Origin: Octopus sinensis
Lineage: Eukaryota
Length of the DNA stretch: 64,000 nt
Assembly (NCBI RefSeq): GCF_006345805.1
Contig: NC_043019.1
Location: 3,472,001 to 3,536,000, forward strand
Reading direction: 5' to 3'
In this document: positions 36,432-49,460 of the stretch, piece by piece
How the letters are laid out: the number at the start of each line of letters is the position of its first letter
Position numbering within the stretch: the first letter of the stretch is position 1
The notes under the pieces: model-generated
What the model saw: the letters and a program-made list of their open reading frames with translations, nothing else
Told to the model about the DNA's origin: nothing
Databases searched by the model: none
Program-made: the position numbers and the translations under genes

Positions 36432-37310
36432 TCTCGCTAGCACAAGACTTTGAAGTGTAGTAGAGATGTGGTGAGAGACGATGAGATGGTAGAAGGGAGA
36501 AGGACGTCAGAACATCGGAACTGCTTGAGAAAATTCGAAATTTTCTGAATGAAGACTGTTGTGTGTCTATAAAGAAAATAAGCTTACAGTTTAAGGTTGG
36601 TGTGGCAAATGTTCATGAAGGTCTGAAATTCCTAAAATTTGTATAAAGTTTGTTCCCAGGATGCTAAGCGGCTTGACAGAGATGGGGGCCAAAACTGTAC
36701 ATCACTTTCTCCACGGTTCAGACCTTGCTCTCTGTGACTTTTGTTTGTTGTTTGTTCCTTCTCGAGCCATGCTTGGCTCATAAGGGCCGGTTTCCCGGTT
36801 TCTTGGCGTATAGGTTCCCCACCAGGACGGGACGCCGGTCCGTCGCAAGCGAGCTGCAAGATGCGGGAGGAAAGAGTGAGAGAACGTTGTGGCGAAAGAA
36901 TCAGCAGAAGTTTCGCCATTACATTCTGCCGGAGCTGCGTGGAGCTTAGGTGCTTCGCTTATAAACACACACATCGCCCGGTCTGAGATTCGAACCCGCG
37001 ATCCCTCGACCGCGAGTCCGCTGCTCTAACCACTGGGCCATGTGCCTCCACTCTGTGACTTTTGGTTGTTCCTCAAGCTGAAGTAGAACCTCGGGGGCAG
37101 TCGTTTTGAAGATGAAGGAGGTTTTCATATGGGTTCTGGACACTTTCACTTTGGAAGGTTTCCATGATGCTTTCACGAAATAGCTAGAGGACCACAGGCG
37201 CATTTCAGTCAGAAGGTCCTCGTCCTATTTTGAAGATCAGAGCATTGTGCTTATTTGAAATTAGTGTCTCTCCTGAAAATCCCTGAACACTTCTAGAATG
37301 CAAATCGTGT
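36432..37310 (+). mobile_element. Internally deleted mariner transposase remnant
   Basis: HTH-region residues, KFVPRML, SDLALCDFWLFLKLK and SYFED. Interrupted by SINE E and cut off at the 5' side by the CR1. Confidence 0.75.
36743..37050 (-). mobile_element. SINE family E (tRNA-derived) inserted in mariner
   Basis: A-box TGGCCCAGTGG, B-box GGTTCGAATCT and (AAAC)n tail. 13-bp TSD CTCTGTGACTTTT at 36730-36742 and 37051-37063. Another copy at 27214-27480. Confidence 0.9.
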
Positions 37311-37492
37311 GTATGTGTGTGTGTGTGTGTGAATCTGCCACGAATTAACATTTTTCCGCATTAAGAATGTCTGATCTCATTGGATAAACCAGTATTGAAT
37401 ACAAATCCATGTGGAAAATTAATGAAGTGATGGTCATAGCTGGAACGCCTTTGATCATAAGTCTGCTGTGTCAGCGCTGACCTAATGCTAAG

Positions 37493-37523
<31 letters not shown>

Positions 37524-37629
37524 AGACCCTACTCCATTTTGACATCCTATTAAACTATTTCGTTATATCAATTAACTGATTCTATTAACAAGCCTTGTCG
37601 GTCTCTAAAAGGTTCGTTTGAGGTCATTT

Positions 37630-37743
37630 GTGTAAACATATATATATATATATAAATATATATATATATTATATATATATACATATAGACATACATACAT
37701 ACACGCACACACACATGCGTATTTATAACTATATGGACGTATG

Positions 37744-37800
<57 letters not shown>

Positions 37801-37804
37801 TATA

Positions 37805-37890
<86 letters not shown>

Positions 37891-38070
37891 CTGTATTCGT
37901 ACATATGTATACATGCATATATCCATTTACATGTGTATGTATGTATAGATGTATAGATGTATATATGTGTGTGTGTATGTATACATGTATATATCCATAT
38001 ACATATAGGTATTATATATATATATATATATAATATATATATATAGATAGATAGATAGATAGATAGATAT

Positions 38071-38133
<63 letters not shown>

Positions 38134-38150
38134 CATGTATACATTCATAC
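37630..38150. repeat. (TA)n/(GATA)n compound microsatellite
   Basis: Direct inspection. Similar tracts at 1990-2075, 15570-15725, 26220-26465, 42690-42845, 43090-43350, 52240-52490, 54495-54720 and 58220-58480. Confidence 0.95.
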
Positions 38151-38160
38151 ATTCATATAT

Positions 38161-38595
38161 GCAAGGCGCAGACAAGTGACAGGATGGATACTCAAGCCCT
38201 TCAAGACAAAAGACCAAGAAACTACGTTGACCCTGTGGATAACCTTTGTTCTCAGCCGCCTGGACTACTGCTCCCAGTTATGGTCACCATACAGTGACAA
38301 ACTAACAGTGGAGCTTGAAGAAGTCCAACGCCGCTACACTAAAATGATTAAAACAGTGCAGCAGAAAAGCTACAGGAAGAGACAGAAAACAGCAATTTTA
38401 TTCCTTGGAGTAAAGGCATGTCAGATATGTAACAATCTGCATTTTGAAAACTGTAAAAGTGCTTGTGCCTAATTTCGGCATTGAGTGCTATACAAATGTT
38501 AGAACTGGCTACCATTGTATTGCACCAAAGGTACCAGCCACTGCATCTAAATTCAGGACCAGGTACTGCAATAGTCTAGGGTTCAAAGCCCCGCA
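38161..38595 (+). mobile_element. Degenerate CR1-group LINE ORF2 C-terminal fragment
   Basis: TGWILKPFKT...VLSRLDYCSQLWSPY...LEEVQRRYTKMI motif. Confidence 0.75.
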
Positions 38596-38627
38596 GTATA
38601 TAATATATAGCATAAGATCTGGTCATC

Positions 38628-39087
38628 AAATCTAAGTAGAGATTTCAAACTTAAAATCTTCACAGCCACAGTCGAACCAATTCTACTATATGGCTCAGAA
38701 ACCTGGACGTTATCAAAGAAGCTTGAGAGGCGGCTGGATGGAACTTACACTCGCCTCCTTATGAGAGCTCAAAATCTTTCGTGGAAGCGTCATCCGACCA
38801 AAGTACAAAGTACAAATTACCACCTGTATCATCTCTTGTGAAAGGTAGAAGAGTCCAGTTTGCTGGACATTGTTGTAGAGCTGAAAACGAGGTAATTTCT
38901 ACTCTTCTCCTCTGGAAACGATCTGCTCACGATACCAGAGGATGCACACTCTCCTACCCTGATGTAATCTCCAGGGATACAGACATCCAGCAACAGGACC
39001 TCCGTAATGCTATGATGGACCGTGAAGTCTGGCGTAGCATGGTAAATTCCATTTTCTCGACCATGGTCGAACAATGATGATGATGAT
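38628..39087 (+). mobile_element. RTE-clade LINE 3' end
   Basis: KIFTATVEPILLYGSETWTL...RRVQFAGHC...AMMDREVWRSMV-stop followed by a (TGA)n tail. Confidence 0.9.
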
Positions 39088-39730
39088 GGTGGTGGCAGTG
39101 ATAGTGATGGTGGTGGTAGTGAAGGCGGCGGCGGCGGCGGTGGTGGTGGTGAAGGCGGCGGTGGTGGTGGTGAAGGCGGCGGTGGTGATGGTGGTGATGG
39201 TAGTGGCAGTGGTAGTTGTTGTGGTGGTGGTGCTGGTGCTGGTGGTGCTGGTGGTGTCAGATATAGCAGTGGTGGCAGTGATAGTGGTGGTAAAGGCGGT
39301 GATGGTGGTGGTGGTGGTGAAGGCGGTAGCGGTGGTGGTGGTAGTGGCAGTTGTAGTGGTTGTGGTGGTGGTAGTGGCAGTGGTAGTGGTTGTGGTGGTG
39401 GTGGTGCTGGTGCTGGTGCTGGTGGTGTCAGATATAGCAGTGGTGGCAGTGATAGTGGTGGTGAAGGCGGTGATGGTGGTGGTGGTGGTGGTGGTGAAGG
39501 CGGCGGCGGCGGTGGTGGTGGTAGTGGCAGTAGTAGTGGTTGCGGTGGTTGTAGTGGTGGTGGTAGTGGTTGTGGTGGTGGTGCTGGTGGTGGTGGTGCT
39601 GGTGCTGGTGGTGTCAGATATAGCAGTGGTGGCAGTGATAATGGTGGTGATGAAGGCAGTGGCGGCGGCGGTGGTGGTGGTAGTGGCAGTGGAAGTGGTT
39701 GCGGTGGTGGTGGTGGTGGTGGTAGTGGTG
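39074..39730. repeat. (GGT)n block with about 180-bp higher-order unit x3
   Basis: Marker GTGTCAGATATAGCAGTGGTGGCAGTGATA recurs at about 39255, 39426 and 39612. Grows directly out of the RTE (TGA)n tail. Confidence 0.9.
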
Positions 39731-40377
39731 ACTTTATTTTGGTTTGCTCTTTAAATTACATAAGTTAAAACAGTTTTCATAAAGTGTCAGTCAAGTGTTG
39801 TTGTTGTTGTTGTTGCTGTTCTTTACCCCCAGTTTCGGATTACCTGATCAGACATGTAATCAAAGACATTCCAATCAAGCCCTTATCTGTGGGTGGGTAG
39901 TGGTGGTCATGGAAGAGGTGGTGTTGGTGGTGGTGGCAGTGGATAGTAATGATGGTAGTGGTTATAGTAATGATGGTAGTGGATGTGGTGTTAGTGGTGG
40001 TGGTGGTGGAGGTGGTGGTGGTGGTGGTGGTGGTGGTGGTGGTGGAGGTGGTGGTGGTGGTGGTGGTGGTGGTGGTGGTGATGGGGGTGGTGGTGGTGGT
40101 GGTGGCGGCGGCGGCGTTGGTGTTATCAAAGGTTACAATATATCTAAGCTAGTCCTTACCCTTACGCTTTCACTCCCTCATTTTCTTCACCTTAACCTAT
40201 CCCTCTCTCTTCCTTCTCTTTCCCTTAAGACAGAGTGATGTGATTAGGGGCCTGAAATTCTCCAAATGGACACGTGACATGTCACTTAATCGAATTAGAC
40301 CATCATTTATTCCAAAAATGTTTTGTCATCAATGCTGTACTTTCCCGTCTCATATATTTCAACATAACTGTAATATA

Positions 40378-40905
40378 CCGTAAATCTTCGAGTATAATCC
40401 GCAATTTTCCCCCAAAGATTTAAAGGTCAAAATCCCTAGTGCGTACAATATACGAAGTTAAAAATGAAAACTATTTTCTAAGCAATGTCCGAGTCTCTAT
40501 TTGCTGTCCGGCAATGTTTATTCAGACGCATTTTGTGATGTCGAGCGTGAAAATACCTTAAGCTAAGCCTGAAAGCAATGAAATCATAAAAGAACCATCC
40601 ATAACTTGTAGTAAGCAACATTTATTAAAATAAAAGTATTCAGAACACAGAATAACATGTAACAAAAGCAATTTGCAAACATATTTACATTCCCATATAA
40701 CAGTTAAGAACATCACCCTTATTGTATTGTATTACTCATGCGTGGAAGTGTTTGTTCGACTAGGTGCTGCTGGCTTAATTACGCACGACTCAAGTTAGAG
40801 AAGGGGTGCATATTATACACAAGGTTTAGGTTTTTCAGAGGTACAGCCCTCTAAAAATCCACTGCGTATTATACTCAAGGGCGGACTATACTCGAGGATT
40901 TACGG
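40378..40905 (+). mobile_element. MITE derived from the pogo/Tc2 element
   Basis: Same TIRs, TA on both sides, made of the two ends of 46211-48232. Confidence 0.95.
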
Positions 40906-41307
40906 TATATACAAATTATGCCATTTTAATCTGAACAACGCCGGGTATCTCTGCTAGTTCATAACACATCCATTTCCTCTCTTCTGACATTCTCAATACA
41001 ACTGCTGCTTGGTAATTAATTACTCCTTTAGTATGACAAAATGAAGAGAAACAGCCAATTACAATCGGGCACGTGACATGGGGTTTTGCTTATTAGTAAA
41101 ACGAATAGGATCAATTTCATCTCAATCTCATTCTATCTTCTATTACAGATTCTTAGGGGATACTGTAACCGGAACAGGAAGATTAATTTTCCACACAGAC
41201 ATAAGTTTCATGAACTACAAAAGATCAATATCCTCTCTACCACACTTGAAACGTACCTGTTATAACTCTTTATCTCGATTTGAATGTACGTGAAGGTATT
41301 TAGAAAT

Positions 41308-41537
41308 GCGGCGAGCTGGCAGAAACGTTAGCGCGCCGGGCGAAATGCTTAGCGGTATTTCGTCTGCCGCTACGTTCTGAGTTCAAATTCCGCCGAGGTC
41401 GACTTTGCCTTTCATTTTTTCCGGGTCGATTAAATAAGTACCAGTTACGCACTGGGGTCGGTATGATCGACTTAATCCGTTTGTCTGTCCTTGTTTGACC
41501 TCTCTGTGTTTGGCCCCTTGTGGGTTGTAAAGAAATA
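41308..41537 (+). mobile_element. SINE family A, full length
   Basis: Consensus head and tail. A second, diverged copy with a different tail follows at 41630-41820. Confidence 0.85.
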
Positions 41538-41840
41538 GGTATTGATAAGCCACAAAAATGGCAAAACATTGATTAGATCCCTGAAAGGATGAAAAAAAAC
41601 CGATTCGTTAATAATATCTTCTGTTATAAAGGCAGCGAGCTGGCAGAATCGTTAGCACGCCAGGCAAAATACTTAACAGTACTTTGTTCATCCTTACGCT
41701 CTGAGTTCAAATCCCACAGAGGTCTACTTTGCCTTTTAACCTTTCAGCATCGATAAAACAAATGCCAATTGAGTACACCATCCCAGATATTTCTGACTTC
41801 ATGCCAAAACTCGAAACCAATGTTTTCTGTTATATAGCTA

Positions 41841-42259
41841 TGATCTTTTCGGTTTGAACGGCAGTTTCTTTCTAGCGGTGTCATATGAAATTGTCACCCA
41901 TAATTATGACCCTAGTATCGATCTATTGCATTTCAATCTGTTTTAGAATTAGGGTTAGGGTTGGGGGGGGCGGCATCTTTTTTTTCTTCAGAAATGTAAA
42001 TAAACCCAATCTGTTTCTTAAACGAGGGACATAGTCATACGGCACAGAATGTTTTCACCTCAATAGACGTTTTTGATTGGTTGAAATTGCAGAAATTGAA
42101 GAAAAGAAACAACAAATATCTTACAAACCATAGAATTTTCCCAATAAAGTCAAGAGAAAAAGATGTTTTATAAACACATTCTACCAGTATACAAAGTTTA
42201 GAATTTTTTAGTTACCTAGAAATTATGTTAAAAAACTGCCGTTCAAACCGAAAAGATCC
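41841..42259 (+). mobile_element. Merlin-like MITE
   Basis: 8-bp TSD TATAGCTA. A partial diverged copy lies at 13757-13979. Confidence 0.85.
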
Positions 42260-42713
42260 TATAGCTATTACATAAATAAAATAGTTCCCTAAAAACTCTT
42301 GCGTTGTCTTGTATCAGTTAGTGCACATGTACTTCTCAAAATTAGGCCGAAAGATAAGAGATTCAAGCTTTTAGTCACCAATGTACTTCTGATATACTTC
42401 ATGTGTACATCGACTGATACACATATATCCGTGTCAACTGCATCATATGCTAAAAATAACATAAGGATGAGGGCAAGTCATTTAGTTGATTGCTTCATAA
42501 ATCCAGGGTACTCTTTTACTTGTTTCAGTCATTTGACTGCAGCCATGCTGGAGCACCGCCTGAAGTCGAACAAATCGACCCCGGGTCTTATTCTTTGAAA
42601 GACTAGTACTATATTTTATCGGTCTCTTTAGCCGAACCAACATCGGTTGTCAAGCCATGGTTGTGGTGGTGGATTCAAACACAGACACACAAATACATAC
42701 ATACATACATACA

Positions 42714-42749
<36 letters not shown>

Positions 42750-42784
42750 TACATACATATATATATATATATATATCTATATAT

Positions 42785-42839
<55 letters not shown>

Positions 42840-43115
42840 TATAAAACTTACTTGGAGAAGAGACGCATTGAGTCGAACCAGGGGCAGCTGATGAAGGGGA
42901 ATATTCCTTGTATTGTTTGTCTTGTAATCTGTTTTTTCGTTGTTAAAAAAGGCCGTTTCCTTGTTTGATTTTATGTTTTCGTTTCTCGTTGTGTTCTGCG
43001 TTTATTTGTGGTGTCCTGTACTCATATATGCATGTATATATACATATAGATGTAGGTATGTACATGTATGTATGTATATATGCATATGTTTTATTTATTA
43101 TATTATATATATATA

Positions 43116-43155
<40 letters not shown>

Positions 43156-43215
43156 TACTTAGAGATGGATACGTCACGTTAAATTAAATAAGAAATAATA
43201 TTATATGTATATATA

Positions 43216-43348
<133 letters not shown>

Positions 43349-44033
43349 TATATTCAAACGACAGGCTTCTTTCAGTTTCCGTCTACCATATTCACTCACA
43401 AGGCTTTGGTCAGCCCGAGGCTATAGTAGAAGACACTTGCACCATGGCTCACCAAAGTTATAAACAACAAGACTCCAAAACCATCAGTTACCAGGCTCAC
43501 CTTAAGTAACCTAATTTTTCAATAAAAATGACTAATATTGTACCTTCAATTTTATGTAAATATTTGGTTTTTTATAAATTAAAATCATTTTATAAACCAA
43601 AAAAAAAAAAGAAAATTTTATATCCAAATTTAAGAAAATGTTCTTGTTAATTTTTTTTATTTATTAATTTTGTTCCTAAATAATCATTAATCAATCATAC
43701 AATCTACGTCTTAAATTTTATTTTTAGTTACATTTCTATTTTTAGTTACTGAATTTTGCTTTTTAATTTTTTTAACATTTTTTCTATAAATAATAAAACA
43801 ATGTCAAGCGATTAGGGAGTTAAAGTTGTCGTATTGGGTAATTTTAACCAATGAACGACGTGTATTTAGCTGAATAAAATTGCTGGTGCTGTTTGCGAAC
43901 AACTTCCGGATCCAATAAGGAAACGATGAGAGTTTGACAACAGAAAAATTTAAAGTGAAAATCTCCCTAACAAAACCCTTTTTTAATAACCAGAGATGTT
44001 TTTAGAGCAACATATATGAGAATGTGTCCATCC

Positions 44034-44070
<37 letters not shown>

Positions 44071-44109
44071 GTACTTATCTAGTACTTATCTATCTATGCA
44101 CACACACAC

Positions 44110-44151
<42 letters not shown>

Positions 44152-44184
44152 CTATGTGTGTGTATGTGTGTGTGTGTGTGTGAA

Positions 44185-44480
44185 GGCGCATGGCTCAGTG
44201 GTTAGAGCGTCCAGGTTGTGAGTTCGAATCCCGAACCGGGCTGCGTGTTGTGTTCTTGAGCACTTTATTTCATGTTGCTCCAGTTAACTCAGCTGTAGAA
44301 ATGAGTTGCAACATCACTGGTGCCAAGCTGTATCAGCCTTTGCCTTTCCCTTGGATAACATTGGTGGCGTTGAGAGGGGAGGCCGGTATGCATGGGCAAC
44401 TGCTGGACTTCCATAAAACAAACTTGCCCGGACTTGTGCCTGGGAGGGGAACTTTCTAGGTGCAATCCCATGGTTAGTTA
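44185..44480 (+). mobile_element. SINE family C (tRNA-derived)
   Basis: A-box TGGCTCAGTGG and B-box GAGTTCGAATCC, followed by a non-tRNA body. Single copy in the window. Confidence 0.7.
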
Positions 44481-45356
44481 TACGAAATAAATACATACGA
44501 AATACAGTAAGCATTTCATCCGGCGCGCTAACGTTTCTGCCAGCTCACTACCTTAGAAAGTAATCATTGATTTTAGTAATATATTCTTTATTCTTATAGC
44601 TGAACCATTACTCCCTTACTCTTTTATTTACTGACAGGAAATTTCATATCATACACACATACATACATACATACATACATACATACATACATACATACAT
44701 ACATACATACATACATACATGTATACATACATCCCTACATTTATTTCTATGCCTGTTCAAGTTTAATTCTCTTGAGCGCTACTAAGTGTATTCTATACGG
44801 AGAACATCTAATTCTCATCTATGAACTATATAGGAGTGGCTGTGTGGTAAGTAGCTGGCTTACCAACCACATGGTTCCGGGTTCAGTCCCACTGCGTGGC
44901 ACCGAGGGCAAGTGTCTTCTACTATAGCCTTGTGAGTGGATTTGGTAGACGGAAACTGAAAGAAGACGCAGATAGAGAGGAAGAGAAAGAGAAAGGGGCG
45001 GATGCAGAGACAGAGGGAAGGAGAGAACGAAAGAACCATCAAAACAAGAGAAGCATTAAAATGTCTGAAGTCAAATAAGTCAGCGACGAATCAGCGGCTC
45101 CAGATGAGCGGCGCCAAAACGCCAGTGCCAAAACGTCCCACAGCCCAAATACAAACAGTTGTTTCCTATATTCTGTTTATGCTTCTTGAATTATATTTTG
45201 TAGAGCCCCTTGTGTTGACATTCAACCCATTTTTCTCTTTATCTTCTCATCAACGTTTCTTAATTTTTCCGTCGAAATGTTGCTTCACGGTTGTGTCTAG
45301 CATATTGTCTAATATCTGTCTTAACTTTCTGTTTTCGTCGCTTATGTACAATATCC

Positions 45357-45558
45357 CATGTATCTATAGATATCGTCTGCTCACTACCTTTCCCCCTCTT
45401 TTGTGCCATGTATCTATAGATATCGTCTGCTCACTACCTTTCCCTCTCTTTTGAGCTATGTATCTCTAGATATCGTCTGCTCACTGCCTTTCCTTCTCTT
45501 TTGTGCCATGTCTCTATAGATATCGTCTGCTCACTACCTTTCCTTCTCTTTTGTGCTA
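45357..45558 (+). repeat. 50-bp minisatellite, four units
   Basis: TATCTATAGATATCGTCTGCTCACTACC starts at 45361, 45411, 45461 and 45511. Confidence 0.9.
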
Positions 45559-46210
45559 TTCTATTTTCGTCTGTCTCAATTATTGATCTATACCTGCATC
45601 TAATGCCGTATAATGATTCCTCAAGTCAAGCTGATACGACTCGCTGATGACATTTTCATTAAGTCAGCCAATATGGAAAGGAAATATGCTTGTAATATTC
45701 TCTTTCTTTCTTTTTATCTTGATAACTACGATTCCTATGCAACGATGTGAGTTAATGCTGGTCATCTGAATATATGCAAATATCTAGCAATTTTTTTCCT
45801 TCGCTTTTAATATAAATGAAAGACATTCGATTTTTGGAGCTGTCAGTGTCCACTTGTTTATTTATTTGTTTCTTTATGTTTATTTCAGTCAATTGACTGC
45901 GGCCTTGCTGGGGCACTGCCTTGATGAGTTCCGTCGAACAATTTGACCAAAGTACTTGCATTTTTGTAAAGTCTGGTTCTTGTTCTATCGGCCTCTTTTG
46001 CAGAGGCACTGACGTCCCGCTCATAAACAAACCAATACAGAAACGTGCATATATACGCATTCATACATACACATATACACAAAAACATAGTTACACGCAT
46101 ATATACAATACATGCATGCATGCATACATACATACTTACATGCAATTTATAGACATACAATACACACACACACACACACATATATATATATGTGTGTGTG
46201 TGTGTGTGTA

Positions 46211-48232
46211 CCGTAAATCCTCGAGTACAGTCCGCCCTTGAGTATAATAAGCAGGGGATTTTTAGGGGGCTGTACCTCTGAAAAACCTAAACCTTGTGTA
46301 TAATACGCACCCCTTCTCTAACTTGAGTCAAGGAGGTCTATATAACGTCCTTGGTTTGTAAAAATGTATACGGTAACGGCCTTTATTATTATTGTATATA
46401 TAACATAATGCAAACGTGTAGCTTTTTTGTGCATTTTGTTTGCAGAAAATCAAGAAATAACAGTAATAACGTCGGTGAAAAATAAATATTTAGTAAATTG
46501 CCTTTACATATTTATCACTATCAGTTGCAAAAGAAAAAATATTTATTCAAATCCTTCAAATTCAACGTCACTTTCAGCATCAAATAACTGTTCCATTTGT
46601 TCCTCCGTAAACATGTCAGCATCATTGTGGTGCAAATCTCCGTCATCGCCAGATTGATAGTCAACATCAGAAGATTCACTTTCATTTATCCCATCTTTCC
46701 ATGCGTCATCCTGAATACCATCCAGTGCAGACGATATACAACATTTGATAAAACTTTTCATAATAATCTGGGGATCAAGTTCATTCCATGCATGCACGTT
46801 CCTTTTGTGAAATTTGGGTTCGCCTCCTAATAGATAAGTCATGCCTTGACATAAAGTTACTGGCCCAGCCAAGTGATGCTTTAAATTCTGACTCATTAAG
46901 TTTTATCTTTTTAGCAATGAGTTTTGCCTGTAACCTCAAATGTACTGTATTAATGGCCATTCCACTAAGTTTTCTTTCCTCTACCCATTCAAGCAAAATT
47001 TTTTCAAGCTCAGGATGTTTGGCTTTTTCCCCCCTCTTGCCTTCTTTATCGTTGGCATCTTACTCTTTACTCTTTTACTTGTTTCAGTCATTTGACTGCG
47101 GCCATGCTGGAGCACCGCCTTTAGTCGAGCAACTCGACCCCGGGACTTACTTATTCTTTGTAAGCCTAGTACTTATTCTATCGGTCTCTTTTGCCGAACC
47201 GCTAAGTGACGGGGACATAAACACACCAGCATCGGTTTTCAAGCAATGCTAGGGGGACAAACATAGACACACAAACATACACGCACACACACATATATGT
47301 ACATATATACGACGGGCTTCTTTCAGTTTCCGTCTACCAAATCCACTCACAAGGCTTTGGTCGGCCCGAGGCTATAGTAGAAGACACTTGCCCAAGGTGC
47401 CACGCAGTGGGACTGAACCCGGAACCATGTGGTTGGTAAGCAATTTACTTACCACACAGCCACTCCTGCGCCTATGTTTAATTTCATCTTTATTTCTTCT
47501 CCATAACCTGACATTGCTTTCGTCAACATCAAATTTTCTTCCGGTAGCCCTATTACCATGCTCTTCAGCATATGATATAACTTCAAGTTTAAACATAGCT
47601 GAAAAAGATCTAGGAGGCATTTTATGGGCATGTAATGTATAAAATGTTTTATTGGAGATTAATGTACAGGTTTAAGTCCCGCTTATAAAAAACTCTAGTA
47701 AAGACCCACAGGAGTTCAAACATTTAATACTGGTATTTGATTAAGTATCTATTGTTTGCCACGGTAATGATGCAAACTGCCAATACAAACAGCAGGTTGG
47801 ACTATTTAGCGCTAAATTATTAAGCACAATTCGTGCGTAATTAAGCCAGCAGCACCTAGTCGAACAAACACTTCTGCGCATGCGTAATACAATAATGATG
47901 TTCTTAACTGTTATATGGGAATGTAAATATGTTTGCAAATTGTTTTTGTTACATGTTATTCTGTGTTCTGAATACTTTTATTTTAATAAATGTTGCTTAC
48001 TGCAAATTGTGGATGGTTCCTTTATGACTTCATTGCTTTCAGGCTTAGCTTAAGGTATTTTCGCGCCCGACATCACAAAACGCGTCTGAATAAACATTGC
48101 CGGACAGCAAATAGAGACTCGGACATTGCTTAGAAAATATTTTGCCTTTTTAACCTCGTATATAGTGCGCACTAGGCATTTTGACATTTAAATTTTGGGA
48201 AAAAGATGCGGATTATACTCGAGGATTTACGG
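46211..48232 (-). mobile_element. pogo/Tc2-group DNA transposon, DDE domain deleted
   Basis: TIRs CCGTAAATCCTCGAGTA. ORF from 47620: Brinker-like HTH (FKLEVISYAEEHGNRATGRKFDVDESNVRLWR), CENP-B HTH (HPELEKILLEWV...FKASLGWASNFMSRH), then directly the acidic C-terminus (stop at 46543). Confidence 0.9.
47058..47473 (-). mobile_element. SINE family B (CORE-like) inserted in a pogo/Tc2 transposase
   Basis: Head GGAGTGGCTGTGTGG, CORE-like ACCTTGGGCAAGTG block, internal (CA/TA)n, tail GAAACAAGTAAAAGAG. Confidence 0.9.
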
Positions 48233-48548
48233 TGCGTATGAATGTATAAATAGATATACGTGTGTGTAAATATATAAAACCATACACACTACCTTGTAGG
48301 TGAGTTTATGGAGAATATGTATATATGTGGGAGGTGAGTATAATGATGTTTACTCGTGTTTCTGATTGTTCCAATAAAGGATATGAAACCTAGAGGGTAA
48401 TAAATTAACTTTAAGTAGAAGCCGAATCGAGTGCAGAATGGAGCCAGTTGTTTTATCGCGAAAGACAAAGAGTGATTTAGATTCTTCAAACAAGCAAACA
48501 AAGAAACAGTTGCATACAGAAATGATCAGTCCTCACTTTATAACTTTA

Positions 48549-48935
48549 CTAGCACTATGACCCGGCTAGTGCATGCATATACAGATGCGTACGTGCGCAC
48601 ATACACGCGAGTACTGTCCAAATCTCCAACCAATCACATACAGCTAGCTGGCATTCAATTGGCGTATCAAGTTTCGGGCATTTTGATTGGGTTTTGGTTA
48701 GAAAATTCACAAAAAGTCACTTCTATTGATTTTTTAATGGCTTTGCGGGGTGACTGGGGAAATGTAAGGATGTGCACGACCACCCTTGGTCGGTTTTGAA
48801 TGACCATAGAAAGTGCGAGCTCTCTAACTGAAAAATTGTGGATTTGCATAAAGGACATGCACACACACACACATACACACACATACACACACACGCGCGC
48901 GCGCACAGACATTTTGCTGTTTATATATAGAGAGA
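48549..48935 (-). mobile_element. Non-autonomous Helitron, family 2, collapsed 3' hairpin
   Basis: Colinear with 24185-24554 but with half of the terminal palindrome missing. Confidence 0.85.
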
Positions 48936-49052
48936 TTATCTCTAAACGCTAAATTTTATTCCTCCTTCAGTTTTGCACTTCCCTATAATCTGACCGAGAA
49001 GATAAGAATTGTAATTTATAATCAACCTGACCTTTCTTTTTGTCTATAACAT

Positions 49053-49219
49053 GGCGTAGGAGTGGCTGTGTGGTATGTAGCTTGCTTACCAACCACATGG
49101 TTCCGGGTTCAGTCCCACTGTGTGGCACCTTGGGCAAGTGTCTTCTACTATAGCCTCGGGCCGACCAAAGCCTTGTGAGTGGATTTGGTAGACGGAAACT
49201 GAAAGAAGCCCGTCGTATG

Positions 49220-49271
<52 letters not shown>

Positions 49272-49460
49272 TGTTTGTCCTCCCCAACATCGCTTGACAA
49301 CCGATGCTGGTGTGTTTACGTCCCCGTAACGTAGCCGTTCAGCAATAGAGACCGATAGAATAAGTACTAGGCTTACAAAGAATAAGTCCTGGGGTCGATT
49401 TGCTCGACTAAAGGCGGTGCTCCAGCATGGCCACAGTCAAATGACTGAAACAAGTAAAAG
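49053..49460 (+). mobile_element. SINE family B, full length
   Basis: Same structure. Other copies at 18205-18626 (-), 19897-20005 (+), 42515-42700 (-), 43355-43443 (-), 44833-44967 (+), 52530-52925 (-), 52945-53325 (-), 53560-53762 (+) and 56612-57003 (+). Confidence 0.9.

Noticed and set aside
42850-42915. CTGATGA and GAC/GTC-GAAC hammerhead-like pieces (similar CTGAAGA-GGAG/CTTC at about 50411-50430)
   Set aside because: The GAAA, stem III and stem I elements are missing or unpaired, so a fold cannot be supported. They may be decayed Penelope-type ends.
44185-44245. Functional tRNA genes at SINE heads (also 36980-37050, 27410-27480, 55700-55764)
   Set aside because: They have A/B boxes but no complete cloverleaf and run into SINE bodies.
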